NCBI GenBank assembly: GCA_038729445.1
Contig: JAVYSA010000003.1
Span: forward strand, 1-60,118
Direction: 5' to 3'
From: Thermoplasmata archaeon
Lineage (GTDB): Archaea > Thermoplasmatota > Thermoplasmata > Lutacidiplasmatales > UBA184
DNA: 60,118 bases
Both the position numbers and the translations under genes were made by a program. The first letter of the stretch is position 1, and each line of letters opens with the position of its first letter. Below, piece by piece: positions 25,956 to 35,118 of the stretch. The notes beneath the pieces were generated by a model that did not search any database, was not told the origin of the DNA, and saw only the letters and a program-made list of their open reading frames with translations.

Positions 25956-26420
25956 TCAGACGACGATGACAAACGAGCGCATCGTCCCGTGGCCCGTGCC
26001 GCAGAACTCGGTGCATTCGATGATGTACTGGGTCCCCGGCGCGACGGCGGGAATCTGGAAGGAGACGAAGTTCCAGCGCCCCGGAATCGCGTTCATCTGG
26101 ACTCCGAGCTGCGGGATGTAGAGCGAATGGTCGACGTCCAGGCTCGTGATGTTCAACTGGACGGTGGTCCCGGGTTGCACCCATAACGCGCCCCCGCTCA
26201 CGGTGTTCGTCTGGGCGTTGTACTGGGAGGTCACGTTCGTGCCGTTCTCGTAGCGGAACGTCCATGACCACTGGGCCGCGAAGACGGTGACGTACTCGTC
26301 CGCGGGAGGGAGCGCGTCGACGTTGTACAGGACGAACGTCGACCACACCGCGATCCCGGCCAAGAGGACGACGACGGCCAAGGTCCAAGCGACCTCGAGC
26401 TTCGTGAGCCGCTTAGCCAT
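25956..26420 (-). CDS. coxB: Heme-copper oxidase subunit II (TM2 + CuA domain)
   Basis: Trimmed to ATG 26418-26420 (MAKRLTKLEVAWTLAVVVLLAGIAVWSTFVLY). CuA motif DVDHSLYIP...IIECTEFCGTGHGTM. Confidence 0.9.
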   Translation of the reverse strand: MAKRLTKLEVAWTLAVVVLLAGIAVWSTFVLYNVDALPPADEYVTVFAAQWSWTFRYENGTNVTSQYNAQTNTVSGGALWVQPGTTVQLNITSLDVDHSLYIPQLGVQMNAIPGRWNFVSFQIPAVAPGTQYIIECTEFCGTGHGTMRSFVIVV

Positions 26421-26616
26421 ACCGCCTCCCCTTCGTCGCGGGATCCCGGAACCGGTGGATCGCATAGATGAGGAACGCGAAGGTGATCGCGGCCCCGCCG
26501 GCCGCGATGCCGGTGATCACCCAGATGATCTGGGACTCCTGGGCGAGGTCCGTTGCCCCGTCCATGAGCGCCCGCATCGCCGGAAGGCCCGCCTCGACGG
26601 CTTCGATCGGTCCCAT
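26413..26616 (-). CDS. Small membrane protein corresponding to subunit II helix 1 (subunit IIa-like, or the 5' half of a frameshifted coxB)
   Basis: 67 aa (MGPIEAVEAG...IIWVITGIAAGGAAITFAFLIYAIHRFRDPATKGRRYG). One TM followed by the y-x-x-x-R-F-R pattern that normally links CoxII TM1 to TM2. 8-nt overlap ATGGCTAA with the next ORF. Confidence 0.55.
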   Translation of the reverse strand: MGPIEAVEAGLPAMRALMDGATDLAQESQIIWVITGIAAGGAAITFAFLIYAIHRFRDPATKGRRYG

Positions 26617-26644
26617 CTCGCCCACCGCATCCTGCCCCGGGCTA

Positions 26645-26664
26645 CATATCCGTAGAGTACGAAC
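26645..26664 (-). promoter_or_regulatory. Shared respiratory promoter element (minus strand GTTCGTACTCTACGGATATG)
   Basis: Reverse complement of 26645..26664. The GATAT box ends 29 nt upstream of ATG 26616. Contains an exact GTACGAAC 8-mer on the plus strand (26657-26664). Confidence 0.55.
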
Positions 26665-26710
26665 TGCGTCCGGTGGTCCTGCCGGGTGCTTCCCGAGCGA
26701 TACGTACCAA

Positions 26711-26725
26711 GGGCGTTTAACGCCC
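26711..26725 (+). promoter_or_regulatory. Palindromic TATA-like box GGGCGTTTAACGCCC
   Basis: TTTAA core at 26716-26720, about 27 nt upstream of GTG 26745. This spacing matches the leaderless geometry seen at many other genes here. Confidence 0.45.
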
Positions 26726-26744
26726 GTCCCGGTGGGCGGTCGCC

Positions 26745-27527
26745 GTGCGCGCTCGATCCCTCGAAGGGCGAGGTCGGTCGCCGATGCCATGGCATCGGGT
26801 CGTCTCGCTGGTGGTGATTCCGGTCGTGGTCGTCGGATTGGCGATGTTCGGGTGGTACGGGCTGGTCGCCCCGGGCGTCCGGGCGGACGGTCGCGCCGTC
26901 GGCGCGGCGCTCCCGACCTCGTTGACGGTCACCGCGGTCAGCGGGTTCCGTTTCGTCGCCTCGACCTACGAGGTCGCGAACGGGACGAACATCTCCCTCA
27001 CGTTCATCAACAGCGACACCCTGCAGCACACCTTCTCCATGCTTCCCATCCCGAACGCGGCGCTGCCGTCGACCTACACGGACTACACCTTGACCAACTG
27101 GACCAACGGCACCGGATCGCACCCGTGGATGATCTCCATCGTGCTCAACGGGGGGACGCAGAACACGACCACGATCCCCGCTCCCGCGAAGGGATGGTAC
27201 GAGTTCATCTGCGCGGAGCCCGGACACTTCCAGTCCGGAATGTACGGCGCGATCGGGTTCGGGGTGCCCGCACCCGACAACCTCACCGGGGGCGGGGGCA
27301 CGGCCCAGGTCGGCTGGCCGGTCTACGTGATCGCGGGAACGATCGTCGCGCTTGTCGTCCTCGCCCTCGTGCTGGGGTTCGCGTTCGGCCAGCGGCACGG
27401 GGCGCAGCACGAGATGCCCCCCGAGCGCCTTGGCTATCCGGAGCCCCCGTCCGAACCGAATGGGCCGGGCGCCCCCTCCTCCCCTCCGGGGCCCCCCGGA
27501 CCCCCCGGGCCGCCGGGGCACGGCTAG
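26745..27527 (+). CDS. Membrane-anchored single-domain blue copper protein (sulfocyanin-like)
   Basis: Type-1 Cu ligands LQHTFSM ... FICAEPGHFQSGMYG. N-terminal TM, C-terminal TM (VYVIAGTIVALVVLALVLGFAF) and a PPGPPGPPGPPG tail. Start is GTG 26745 or ATG 26784. Confidence 0.85.
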   Translation: MRARSLEGRGRSPMPWHRVVSLVVIPVVVVGLAMFGWYGLVAPGVRADGRAVGAALPTSLTVTAVSGFRFVASTYEVANGTNISLTFINSDTLQHTFSMLPIPNAALPSTYTDYTLTNWTNGTGSHPWMISIVLNGGTQNTTTIPAPAKGWYEFICAEPGHFQSGMYGAIGFGVPAPDNLTGGGGTAQVGWPVYVIAGTIVALVVLALVLGFAFGQRHGAQHEMPPERLGYPEPPSEPNGPGAPSSPPGPPGPPGPPGHG

Positions 27528-27651
27528 GCCGGTCCCGGCCGGCGGACCGACCGGCCCAGCTCCGTTGGGCCGGCCCGGTGCGAACGCAATGCTCAAAAGG
27601 ACAGGGCTCAGTTACTTACGAGCCTCGTAGTAGGTTCTGGGGCATGCTACC

Positions 27652-28689
27652 ATGGCATGGTCGACACCGAGCCGGGAACGACGCGTCCTGAAGGCGGGCC
27701 ATTCTTCGATCGCTGTCACCCTGCCGAAGCCGTGGGCGGAGGCGATGAACCTGAGGCCCGGCGACCTCATCGTCTTCGACCAGAACGACGACGGGACCCT
27801 CTACCTCAAGCCGGCCCCCGCGCCGGGAACCCCCGCCGCCGGCAGCCCCTACCTGGTGCAAGCGCGGGCGTTCGACACGCCGGGCGTCCTCCAGAGGCTG
27901 ATCGTCGGCGCCTACCGCGTGGGACACGACGCCATCGAGATCCGGACCGATCTCCCCCTCCCTCCCGAGCGGGTGGAGGAGCTCCAGGCGGCCGCCCGGG
28001 GCCTCCTCGGGGTCAGCATCGTCGCCCAGGAACCGAACCGCGTGCTCCTCCAGAATTTCATCGACCCGTCGAAGTACGAGCTCCCGCAGCTGGTGCAGCG
28101 GATGAAGATGATCCTGATCGCCTTCCTCGAGGAGACGGAAGAATTGTTGCGGCGCCGCTCCCGATCCCGCCGGATCGCGACCCTCGACGAGGAGGCCCAG
28201 AAGGTCCTGGCGCTGCTGGTCCGGCAGCTGTTCCTCGCGAGCCGTGACTGGTCCCTGGCCCGGCGGATCGGATCGCCGGACCCCCGGCAGCTGCTCGAGT
28301 GGCGGGTCGTCGTCCACGCCCTCGAGGAGCTAACGACGCTGCTCTCCGAGATTCTCGCCACCCTCAACGAGGCGCCCGCGAAGCTGGCCGGCTCGGCCGG
28401 GCTGGAGGCTTCCCTTGCGCGGCTCAAGTCGTCCCTCAAGGAGGTCGTGGACGTGCTCATGCGGCCGGGCCTCGATCGGGCCTGCGAGGTCTACGGGACG
28501 ACGGAGGCCCTGTGGGATGCGCTCGCCGAATCCGTGGGCAAGGCGAACGCGGGCGCCCGCCATGGAGGGGTCTATCCGGCAACCCTCGCGCTCCAGCGGG
28601 CCGCCTCCGCGCTGACGCTGCTCGCGGAGGTCGGGATCGACCGGGCCGTCGCCGTGGGTCATGAGAACGTCATGGTCGAAGCGGCGTGA
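27652..28689 (+). CDS. AbrB/SpoVT-domain + PhoU-like domain transcriptional regulator
   Basis: N-terminal swapped-hairpin pattern (SSIAVTLPKPWAEAMNLRPGDLIVFDQNDDGTLYL). This is followed by the archaeal PhoU-type helical region (LPQLVQRMKMILIAFLEETEELL...). Confidence 0.85.
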   Translation: MAWSTPSRERRVLKAGHSSIAVTLPKPWAEAMNLRPGDLIVFDQNDDGTLYLKPAPAPGTPAAGSPYLVQARAFDTPGVLQRLIVGAYRVGHDAIEIRTDLPLPPERVEELQAAARGLLGVSIVAQEPNRVLLQNFIDPSKYELPQLVQRMKMILIAFLEETEELLRRRSRSRRIATLDEEAQKVLALLVRQLFLASRDWSLARRIGSPDPRQLLEWRVVVHALEELTTLLSEILATLNEAPAKLAGSAGLEASLARLKSSLKEVVDVLMRPGLDRACEVYGTTEALWDALAESVGKANAGARHGGVYPATLALQRAASALTLLAEVGIDRAVAVGHENVMVEAA

Positions 28690-28723
28690 TCCGCTCCCCC
28701 GGCCGGGACGCTTATCTGCCCAA

Positions 28724-28740
28724 GTACGAACGGTTCTTAC
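28724..28740 (+). promoter_or_regulatory. Inverted repeat GTACGAAC-G-GTTCTTAC (candidate operator) upstream of tatA
   Basis: 8-1-8 imperfect palindrome with one mismatch. A GTCGAAC variant sits at 28743-28749. A second exact GTACGAAC at 28756-28763 lies directly upstream of the CATATCC box (28765-28771), about 37 nt before ATG 28807. Confidence 0.5.
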
Positions 28741-28806
28741 CGGTCGAACTCTCCGGTACGAACGCCATATCCTCCCGGCCTCGGTGGTCGGCCGAGGGAT
28801 GGGACC

Positions 28807-29016
28807 ATGTTCGATTCCATCGACGATTGGCTCATCATCGCGGTGGTCGCGGGCGTGCTGCTGTATGGATCGACCAAGATCCCGCAGCTCGCGCACAACC
28901 TGGGCCGGTCCGCGGGGGAGTTCAAGCGGGGTCGTCTCGAGGTGGAGCAGGAGATCAAGGCACAACAGAAGGCCGAGGCCGGTGCCCCCCCCGTCACACC
29001 GGGCGGGGCCCACTGA
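28807..29016 (+). CDS. tatA: Twin-arginine translocase subunit TatA/E
   Basis: 69 aa: MFDSIDDWLIIAVVAGVLLYGSTKIPQLAHNLGRSAGEFKRG. TM plus amphipathic helix pattern. Confidence 0.88.
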   Translation: MFDSIDDWLIIAVVAGVLLYGSTKIPQLAHNLGRSAGEFKRGRLEVEQEIKAQQKAEAGAPPVTPGGAH

Positions 29017-29100
29017 AGGCCCGGGCCGCTTCGGGGTTCGGCGACGGCCTCGAGCACGGCATGCGTTGGTGGCAGCAAGACGGAGGTCTCTCGTTGACTG

Positions 29101-29931
29101 ATGGGCGATCTGCAGCGGATCCTTTCGGTGCTGACCGAGGTCCGGCGTCGGATCCTTCGGATCGCCCTCGTGCTCGGCCCGCTGTTCGGCTTCCTCCTGG
29201 TCTTCGAGATCCAGGTCACGGAGGTCACGGTCGGTCCCTGGCGGGTGCCCCTTCCCGTCCCCATCCCGAACCTCTTCTACAACATCACCGCGCAGGTCTT
29301 CGCCTGGCTGGCCACCCACATGCTGCCGAGCGGAGTGACCCTGCTCAACATCGGGGTGGGGGACTCCGTGATGGTCGAGATGGAGATCGCGCTCCTCCTC
29401 GCCCTTATCCTCGGCATGCCCTGGATCGTCCACGAGGTGGGGGCCTTCTTGGTGCCGGCCCTTCGGCGGAGCGAGCGGACCCTGCTGCGGAACATCGGGG
29501 TTCCGGCGACCGTCCTGTTCGCGGCCGGGACCTTGGCGGGGTTCTTCGCCCTGACCCCGTTCACCTACCTCATCCTGTTCCGGTATGTCGACGCACTCGG
29601 CCTCGCGCCCTCGATCGGGGTCCAGGACTTCGTGACGTTCACCCTCCTCTACTCGTTGGCGTTCGGGGTCGTCTGCGAACTGCCGGTCTTCATCTACGCG
29701 CTGACCCGGCTCGGGGTGGTCCGGGCCACCTCCTGGTGGAAGCACTGGCGGGCCGCGATCATCGGCTCGCTGGTGTTCGGGATGATCATCACGCCGGACA
29801 ACTCCGGCATCACGATGTGCCTGATCGCCCTGCCGATGATGGGCCTGTACTTCGGCGGCGCGTACTTCGCCTCCCGCTTCGAGCGGTCGCGCGAGCGGAG
29901 CGGCCCGGGCGTCGCGGCCTGGGTGGGGTAG
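29101..29931 (+). CDS. tatC: Twin-arginine translocase subunit TatC
   Basis: 276 aa with six TMs. TatC-like N-terminus LTEVRRRILRIALVLGPLFGF and ...FGMIITPDNSGITM. Confidence 0.92.
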   Translation: MGDLQRILSVLTEVRRRILRIALVLGPLFGFLLVFEIQVTEVTVGPWRVPLPVPIPNLFYNITAQVFAWLATHMLPSGVTLLNIGVGDSVMVEMEIALLLALILGMPWIVHEVGAFLVPALRRSERTLLRNIGVPATVLFAAGTLAGFFALTPFTYLILFRYVDALGLAPSIGVQDFVTFTLLYSLAFGVVCELPVFIYALTRLGVVRATSWWKHWRAAIIGSLVFGMIITPDNSGITMCLIALPMMGLYFGGAYFASRFERSRERSGPGVAAWVG

Positions 29932-29941
29932 GAGGATCCAC

Positions 29942-30343
29942 ATGAGCCTCTTCTCGGACGTCGACTGGCTCATCATCGCGGGGGTCGCCGCCTTCCTCCT
30001 CTTCGGGGACCGCAACGTGGAGCTGATGCGCACCTTCGGCCGCTGGTACGGGCGGCTCACGCAGATGAAGCAGCAGATGCTGACCGAGGTGACGCGGGCG
30101 GCGGACCTCCCGTCGTCCCCCCTCGCCGGGCCCCCGGCAAGCCTTCGCGCGGCCTTCCTGGGCGTCGACGGGGCGGGCGCCCCCAGGGTCTCGGGGATTC
30201 CGGCGGTTGTGACGACGCCCCCGGCCGTCGCGTTCCGCACCCCTTCGATCTCGGCGAGCGGGTGGAACGGTCCCGGGATCGGGACCCCGACCTGGTCCGT
30301 CGCCCTTCCCTCGATCGACCGGGATCCGGAGGCGTTCCGATGA
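29942..30343 (+). CDS. Second, divergent TatA/TatB-like protein
   Basis: MSLFSDVDWLIIAGVAAFLLFGDRNVELMRTFGRWYGRLTQMKQQ follows the TatA/B architecture. Long Pro/Ala-rich tail. Confidence 0.7.
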   Translation: MSLFSDVDWLIIAGVAAFLLFGDRNVELMRTFGRWYGRLTQMKQQMLTEVTRAADLPSSPLAGPPASLRAAFLGVDGAGAPRVSGIPAVVTTPPAVAFRTPSISASGWNGPGIGTPTWSVALPSIDRDPEAFR

Positions 30344-30525
30344 GCGGGCTCTCTCCCTCCCAGATCGTCACGCTGGTCGACATCCTCGTGATCCTCGCCG
30401 GGATCGGCATCCTCTGGGCCGTCTACTACGGGAGCGACCGTGCCGAGCTGCCGGGGACGGCCCGCATCCCGGACCCGGGACTGCCCGACGACACGGTACC
30501 GGACACCCAAGGGAGGAGCCTATGA
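30340..30525 (+). CDS. Small single-TM protein (hypothetical)
   Basis: 61 aa (MSGLSPSQIVTLVDILVILAGIGILWAVYYG...). ATGA overlaps at both ends (tatA2 stop and Rieske start) argue for translation. Confidence 0.45.
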   Translation: MSGLSPSQIVTLVDILVILAGIGILWAVYYGSDRAELPGTARIPDPGLPDDTVPDTQGRSL

Positions 30526-31358
30526 ACGATGCCCACGCCGCCTGCCCGAGCGACTGCCCGTTCCTGAACCCCGCGCCGCGGACGATCGACTTCCCCGTCG
30601 GCCATGTCCGGCGGGTGGCGATGGCCCGGAACGACGACGAGGTCGACGAGACGAAGCGCAACGTGCTCAAGCTCCTCGCCATCGCCGGTGTCCTGGGCGC
30701 CGCCGGCGGGGGCCTCATCGGGGGGGCGGCCCAGTACCTCCAGCCCCCGATGGTCGGCCTCTCGAGCTACCCGGTCACCCAGCTCATCGACGTCGACGGA
30801 AGCCCCCTGACGGTCAGCGCGGTGGAGAAGGAGTACTCCGTGACCACGAACTCCGTGATCACCTTCAACTATCCGCTGCAGAACGAGCCGAACTTCCTCA
30901 TCAACCTGAAGGGCGCGACCAACGAGCAGGGGGAGCCGATCCGCAACATTCCGGGCGGGATCGGCACCGAGGGGACGATCCTCGCCTACAGCGCGATCTG
31001 CCAGCACCTGGGCTGCACCGCCCCGGCGATCAGCTACTACCCGCCGGGGACGTGCTCGAAGACGTTCCAGAGCCCGTACGGGGAGATCAACTTCTACATC
31101 CACTGCTCCTGCCACGGCTCGACCTACGACGTGACCAACGGGGCGGCGAACCTGACCGGTCCCGCGGTGCTGCCGCTCCCCCAGGTCGTCCTGACGGCGG
31201 ATCCCCACACCGGCATCATCTCGGCCGTGGGCATGACCCCCAGCAGCCCTCCGGTCAACGGGCACGTCGACACGCTCAAGGGCGACTACGGGGTCGGATC
31301 GAGCAGTCCCTTGGTCAAGCAGGGACCGGGCCCGATCCTCTGCAGCTTCCCGAGTTGA
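30522..31358 (+). CDS. Rieske [2Fe-2S] protein
   Basis: Box I CQHLGC and box II CSCHGS. N-terminal KRNVLKLLAIAGVLGAAGGG (Tat-like signal anchor with KR instead of RR). Alternative start at M34. Confidence 0.9.
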   Translation: MNDAHAACPSDCPFLNPAPRTIDFPVGHVRRVAMARNDDEVDETKRNVLKLLAIAGVLGAAGGGLIGGAAQYLQPPMVGLSSYPVTQLIDVDGSPLTVSAVEKEYSVTTNSVITFNYPLQNEPNFLINLKGATNEQGEPIRNIPGGIGTEGTILAYSAICQHLGCTAPAISYYPPGTCSKTFQSPYGEINFYIHCSCHGSTYDVTNGAANLTGPAVLPLPQVVLTADPHTGIISAVGMTPSSPPVNGHVDTLKGDYGVGSSSPLVKQGPGPILCSFPS

Positions 31359-31371
31359 CGGAGGTCCACGC

Positions 31372-32748
31372 ATGTCGTTCTCGGGCTGGTACAACCGATC
31401 CCTCAACCGGATCTGGACGTTCGTCGAGGACCGGACCGGCATGCGCAAGTGGGCCCTGCGGCCCCAGCCCGAGTTCACCTTCAAGCCGTCCTACTGGACC
31501 GGGGCGTTCGTCGCGGTCGCCTTCCTCTACCAGGTCGTCTCGGGGATGCTGCTCCTGCTGTACTACGAGCCCAGCGTGGCGGTGACGACGACCGCCTGCG
31601 GCGTCGGGACCGGGGTCGCCCCCGCAGCGTGGTGCTCGACGTACTACCTCATGAACAGCGTGCCGATGGGGACGCTCCTCCTCACGTCGCACCTCTACGG
31701 CGCGTACGCGATGATCTTCCTCCTCTTCGTGCACTTCTACCGCGGGTACTACCTCGGGGTGTACAAGGCGCCGCGGGAGTTCTCGTGGATGGTCGGCACC
31801 CTCCTCCTGCTGGTGACCCTCGGGATGGGGTTCACCGGCTACCTCCTGCCCTACACGGCGCTCAGCTACGACGCGACCAACGTCGGGATCGTGCTCGCCA
31901 TCCGCCTCGCCATTCCTCTGCCCTGGGGCGGGGCCCTCAACCTAGGGAACCTCATCGCCCCGTTCATCCTCGGCAACGGAACCGCCCAGGGGCTCCTGGG
32001 CCGCATGTTCTGGGCGCACGTGATGATCCTGCCCGCGACGCTGGGCGCCCTGCTCTACGCCCACATCGCGCTGTTCGAATCGCATGGGATCGCCCCGCCG
32101 GCGACCAGCGACCCTCTCCAGCGCCGCCGCTTCACCGAGAAGGAGGATCGCAAGCACGTCCCCTTCATGCCCCACATCCTGTTCTACATGGCGAAGTGGG
32201 GGCTCGTCTACCTGGGCGTGCTCTTCGGGATCGCGGCCCTCTGGCCTTGGACCCTGCAGTCTTGGTTCGGGAACACCGCCGCCCCGACGCCCGTGATCAT
32301 CCCCGACTGGTACTTCCTCTGGCTGTTCAAGCTCCTCGACTTCCAGGGGGTGACCCCGGTGATCGCGGTGACGATCGGCACGGTCATCATCCTCTACATC
32401 CTGTTCCTGCCGTTCCTCGACCGGTCGAAGCGCACGCATCCGCGCGATCGGCCGGTCTTCATCTACATCGGGACCTGCCTGCTCGAGATGTTCGTGGTCC
32501 TGAGCGTCTGGGGACAGGAGACGCCGGGAGTCCAGATCCTCCCGAACCAGATCGCGATGACCCTCGGGCCGATCTTCCTCGTGAACGCCCTCGTCATCGC
32601 CGGGCTCCACCTGCGCTACCGGGCCAGCTACCGTCGGAGGCTGGATGCCCAGAAGGCCGGCTTCCTCGGGGTCTACGGGGCCCCGGCACCCCTTCCGCCC
32701 GCGCGGGCGCCGGCAGTCACCGCCAGCGAGGTCCCCCATGCCGAGTGA
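31372..32748 (+). CDS. Cytochrome b (b + subunit IV-like fused, SoxC/SoxG-type)
   Basis: 458 aa with ~10 TMs and His-containing helices (SHLYGAYAMIFLLFVHFYRGYY; WAHVMILPATLGALLYAHIALF). PDWYFLWLFKLL motif. Confidence 0.92.
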   Translation: MSFSGWYNRSLNRIWTFVEDRTGMRKWALRPQPEFTFKPSYWTGAFVAVAFLYQVVSGMLLLLYYEPSVAVTTTACGVGTGVAPAAWCSTYYLMNSVPMGTLLLTSHLYGAYAMIFLLFVHFYRGYYLGVYKAPREFSWMVGTLLLLVTLGMGFTGYLLPYTALSYDATNVGIVLAIRLAIPLPWGGALNLGNLIAPFILGNGTAQGLLGRMFWAHVMILPATLGALLYAHIALFESHGIAPPATSDPLQRRRFTEKEDRKHVPFMPHILFYMAKWGLVYLGVLFGIAALWPWTLQSWFGNTAAPTPVIIPDWYFLWLFKLLDFQGVTPVIAVTIGTVIILYILFLPFLDRSKRTHPRDRPVFIYIGTCLLEMFVVLSVWGQETPGVQILPNQIAMTLGPIFLVNALVIAGLHLRYRASYRRRLDAQKAGFLGVYGAPAPLPPARAPAVTASEVPHAE

Positions 32749-33037
32749 TTCCGCCGACCGGACGGGCCCGGTGGGGGCCGGCACGACCCCCGTCTGGCGG
32801 ACCGGGGTCCTCTGGGGGCTGCTCGCCCTCCTCCTGGTCGCCGGGACGGTGGCGCTGGCGTTCGCGGTCTTCGCCGTGACCGTGTGGATCGCCCGGGGGG
32901 CGTTCCTCCTCGGCGGGGCGGTCGCGCTGGTCAGCGGGGCTGTCGCGTTCCTCGCGTTCCTGTTCATGGCAGGCATCCTCTATCGGGTCGACCGGTACCG
33001 CGGCCAGACCCACCGGGTGGTGAGGCTCTTTGAGTGA
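32738..33037 (+). CDS. Small polytopic membrane protein (hypothetical)
   Basis: 99 aa trimmed to ATG 32738, overlapping the cyt b stop. Very hydrophobic (VLWGLLALLLVAGTVALAFAVFAVTVWI; AFLLGGAVALVSGAVAFLAFLFMAGILY). Confidence 0.5.
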   Translation: MPSDSADRTGPVGAGTTPVWRTGVLWGLLALLLVAGTVALAFAVFAVTVWIARGAFLLGGAVALVSGAVAFLAFLFMAGILYRVDRYRGQTHRVVRLFE

Positions 33038-33404
33038 CGCACCTCCCGATGCCGAGGTCCGCGCGATCCGCCGCCGGATGATCAACCTTTACGACACCCT
33101 GACGGCCCTGATGCTGCTCGGGATCGCCATCCTGATCCTCTACATCGTGCGGATCGGGCCGCTGACGTCCCCCGGCGCGCAGCAGTCGTTCGGGCTCGCG
33201 CTGAGCCTGATGTTCCTGATGGGGGCGTTCCTCTTCCACGTGCTGGACCGAACGTACCGGACGTGGCCCCTCGGCCGCCGATTCGTCCCCACCCGCCCGG
33301 CCCGGCTCAGCGACGGGTCGGTCGCCCGCTTCCTGCGGATCGTGGTCGTCGTGGCGGCGGGGGCGTCGCTGGCGTACCTCATCACGGTGGGGATCATCCT
33401 ATGA
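33030..33404 (+). CDS. Small polytopic membrane protein (hypothetical)
   Basis: TTG 33030 or ATG 33078 ([24 protein letters not shown]...). Three predicted TMs. No subunit III signature recognised. Confidence 0.5.
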   Translation: MSDAPPDAEVRAIRRRMINLYDTLTALMLLGIAILILYIVRIGPLTSPGAQQSFGLALSLMFLMGAFLFHVLDRTYRTWPLGRRFVPTRPARLSDGSVARFLRIVVVVAAGASLAYLITVGIIL

Positions 33405-33423
33405 GCGCGACCGGAGGACCCTG

Positions 33424-35106
33424 ATGGACCCGACGACGGCCTACGTCGCGATCGGCGCGATCGTCGCCCTCGCGGCGTTCCTGATCTACCTGTTCAGCTA
33501 CCACGGCGAGTGGACGGTCCGCACGCTGAAGACGTGGCTGTTCACCACCGACCACAAGCGGATCGGCCTCATGTACATCGCCACCGGGATCGTCTTCTTC
33601 TTCATCGGGGGGATCTATGCGATCCTCATCCGGACCGACCTCGGGTTCATCCAGGGGCTCGGCCTCGATCCCCAGACGACCCTCGGGATCACGCCGGACG
33701 TCTACAGCACGCTGTTCACGATGCACGGCGTGCTGATGATCTTCATGTTCATCATGCCGACCCTGGCCGGCTTCGGCAACCTGCTCGTGCCCTCGATGAT
33801 CGGCTCGCGCGAGATGGCGATGCCGAAGATCAACGCGATCGCCTTCTGGCTGATCCCCCCGGCGGGCGTCATCCTGATCCTCTCGAACGCCTGGGCCGGA
33901 TGGACCGGCTACGTCCCGCTCTCCCTCCAGCCGAACCCCTCGAACCCCTACGGGATCGACCTCTGGGTCCTCGGCCTGCACATCCTGACCGTGAGCTCGA
34001 TGCTCGGCGCGGTCAACTTCCTGGTGACGATCATCAAGCACCGGGCCCCGGGCGTGAAGTACTGGAACATGCCCCTGTTCGTCTGGGCGACCCTGATCAA
34101 CTCGGTGCTGCTCATCTTCGCGCTGCCGAGCCTCTCGATCGCGCTCACCTTCGTGCTCAGCGACCTCGACTTCGGCACCCACATCCTCGCGAACGTGAAC
34201 GGGACCCCGCTCGGGGGCGCCCTGCTCTACCAGAACATCTTCTGGTTCTTCGCCCATCCCGAGGTCTACATCATGGTGATTCCGGCGTTCGGGATCATCA
34301 GCACGGTCATCCCGAAGCTCGCCCGCAAGGACATCTTCGGTTACGCGGCGATGGCGATCAGCCTCGGGGCCTTCGCCATCCTCTCCTTCGCGGTCTGGGA
34401 GCACCACATGTTCGTGACCGGAATCTCCACGAACCTGCGGTTCTTCTTCATGCTGAGCACGATGGCGATCGCCGTCCCCTCGGCCGTGAAGACGTTCAAC
34501 TGGGTCGCGACGCTCTGGGGCGGGCGGATCTGGATGGCCCTCCCGATGTGGTTCTCGCTGGCCTTCATCACCGGATTCGTGATCGGGGGGTTGAGCGGGC
34601 TCTACCTCGCCTCGATCCCGGTCGATTACCTCTACCACGGGACGTACTTCGTCGTGGCGCACTTCCACTACATCCTGCTCGGCGGGACCCTGATGGCGAT
34701 CTTCGCCGGGATCTACTTCTACTTCCCGGTCCTGACCCGCCGCTGGTACAGCCAGCGGCTCGGGCACATCCACTTCCTCCTGACCTACGTGGGGGTCAAC
34801 GTGCTGCTCTTCCCCATGTTCATCCTGGGCGCGGAGGGGATGCCGCGCCGGGTCTACACCTATCTCTGGGTCGGCAACTTCCAGGCCCTCAACTTCCTGA
34901 GCACGATCGGCGCCTTCATCCTCGGGATCGGCCAGCTGTTCTTCGTCTACAACATCGTCCACAGCTACTACTACGGCGAGCCGGTCACCTCCCCCGACCC
35001 CTGGGGCGAGCCCCTGCCGAGCACGATGACCGGCCCCGCCCCCCAGCCCGCCCCGGCCCCGGTGCCGGTGCCCGTGCCGAGCGCCCAGCCCGAGGGGAGC
35101 GCGTAG
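33424..35106 (+). CDS. coxA: Heme-copper oxidase subunit I
   Basis: 560 aa with [33 protein letters not shown] (CuB His plus Glu), WEHHMFVTG and [12 protein letters not shown]. Confidence 0.96.
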   Translation: MDPTTAYVAIGAIVALAAFLIYLFSYHGEWTVRTLKTWLFTTDHKRIGLMYIATGIVFFFIGGIYAILIRTDLGFIQGLGLDPQTTLGITPDVYSTLFTMHGVLMIFMFIMPTLAGFGNLLVPSMIGSREMAMPKINAIAFWLIPPAGVILILSNAWAGWTGYVPLSLQPNPSNPYGIDLWVLGLHILTVSSMLGAVNFLVTIIKHRAPGVKYWNMPLFVWATLINSVLLIFALPSLSIALTFVLSDLDFGTHILANVNGTPLGGALLYQNIFWFFAHPEVYIMVIPAFGIISTVIPKLARKDIFGYAAMAISLGAFAILSFAVWEHHMFVTGISTNLRFFFMLSTMAIAVPSAVKTFNWVATLWGGRIWMALPMWFSLAFITGFVIGGLSGLYLASIPVDYLYHGTYFVVAHFHYILLGGTLMAIFAGIYFYFPVLTRRWYSQRLGHIHFLLTYVGVNVLLFPMFILGAEGMPRRVYTYLWVGNFQALNFLSTIGAFILGIGQLFFVYNIVHSYYYGEPVTSPDPWGEPLPSTMTGPAPQPAPAPVPVPVPSAQPEGSA

Positions 35107-35118
35107 GCCGAGGCACCG

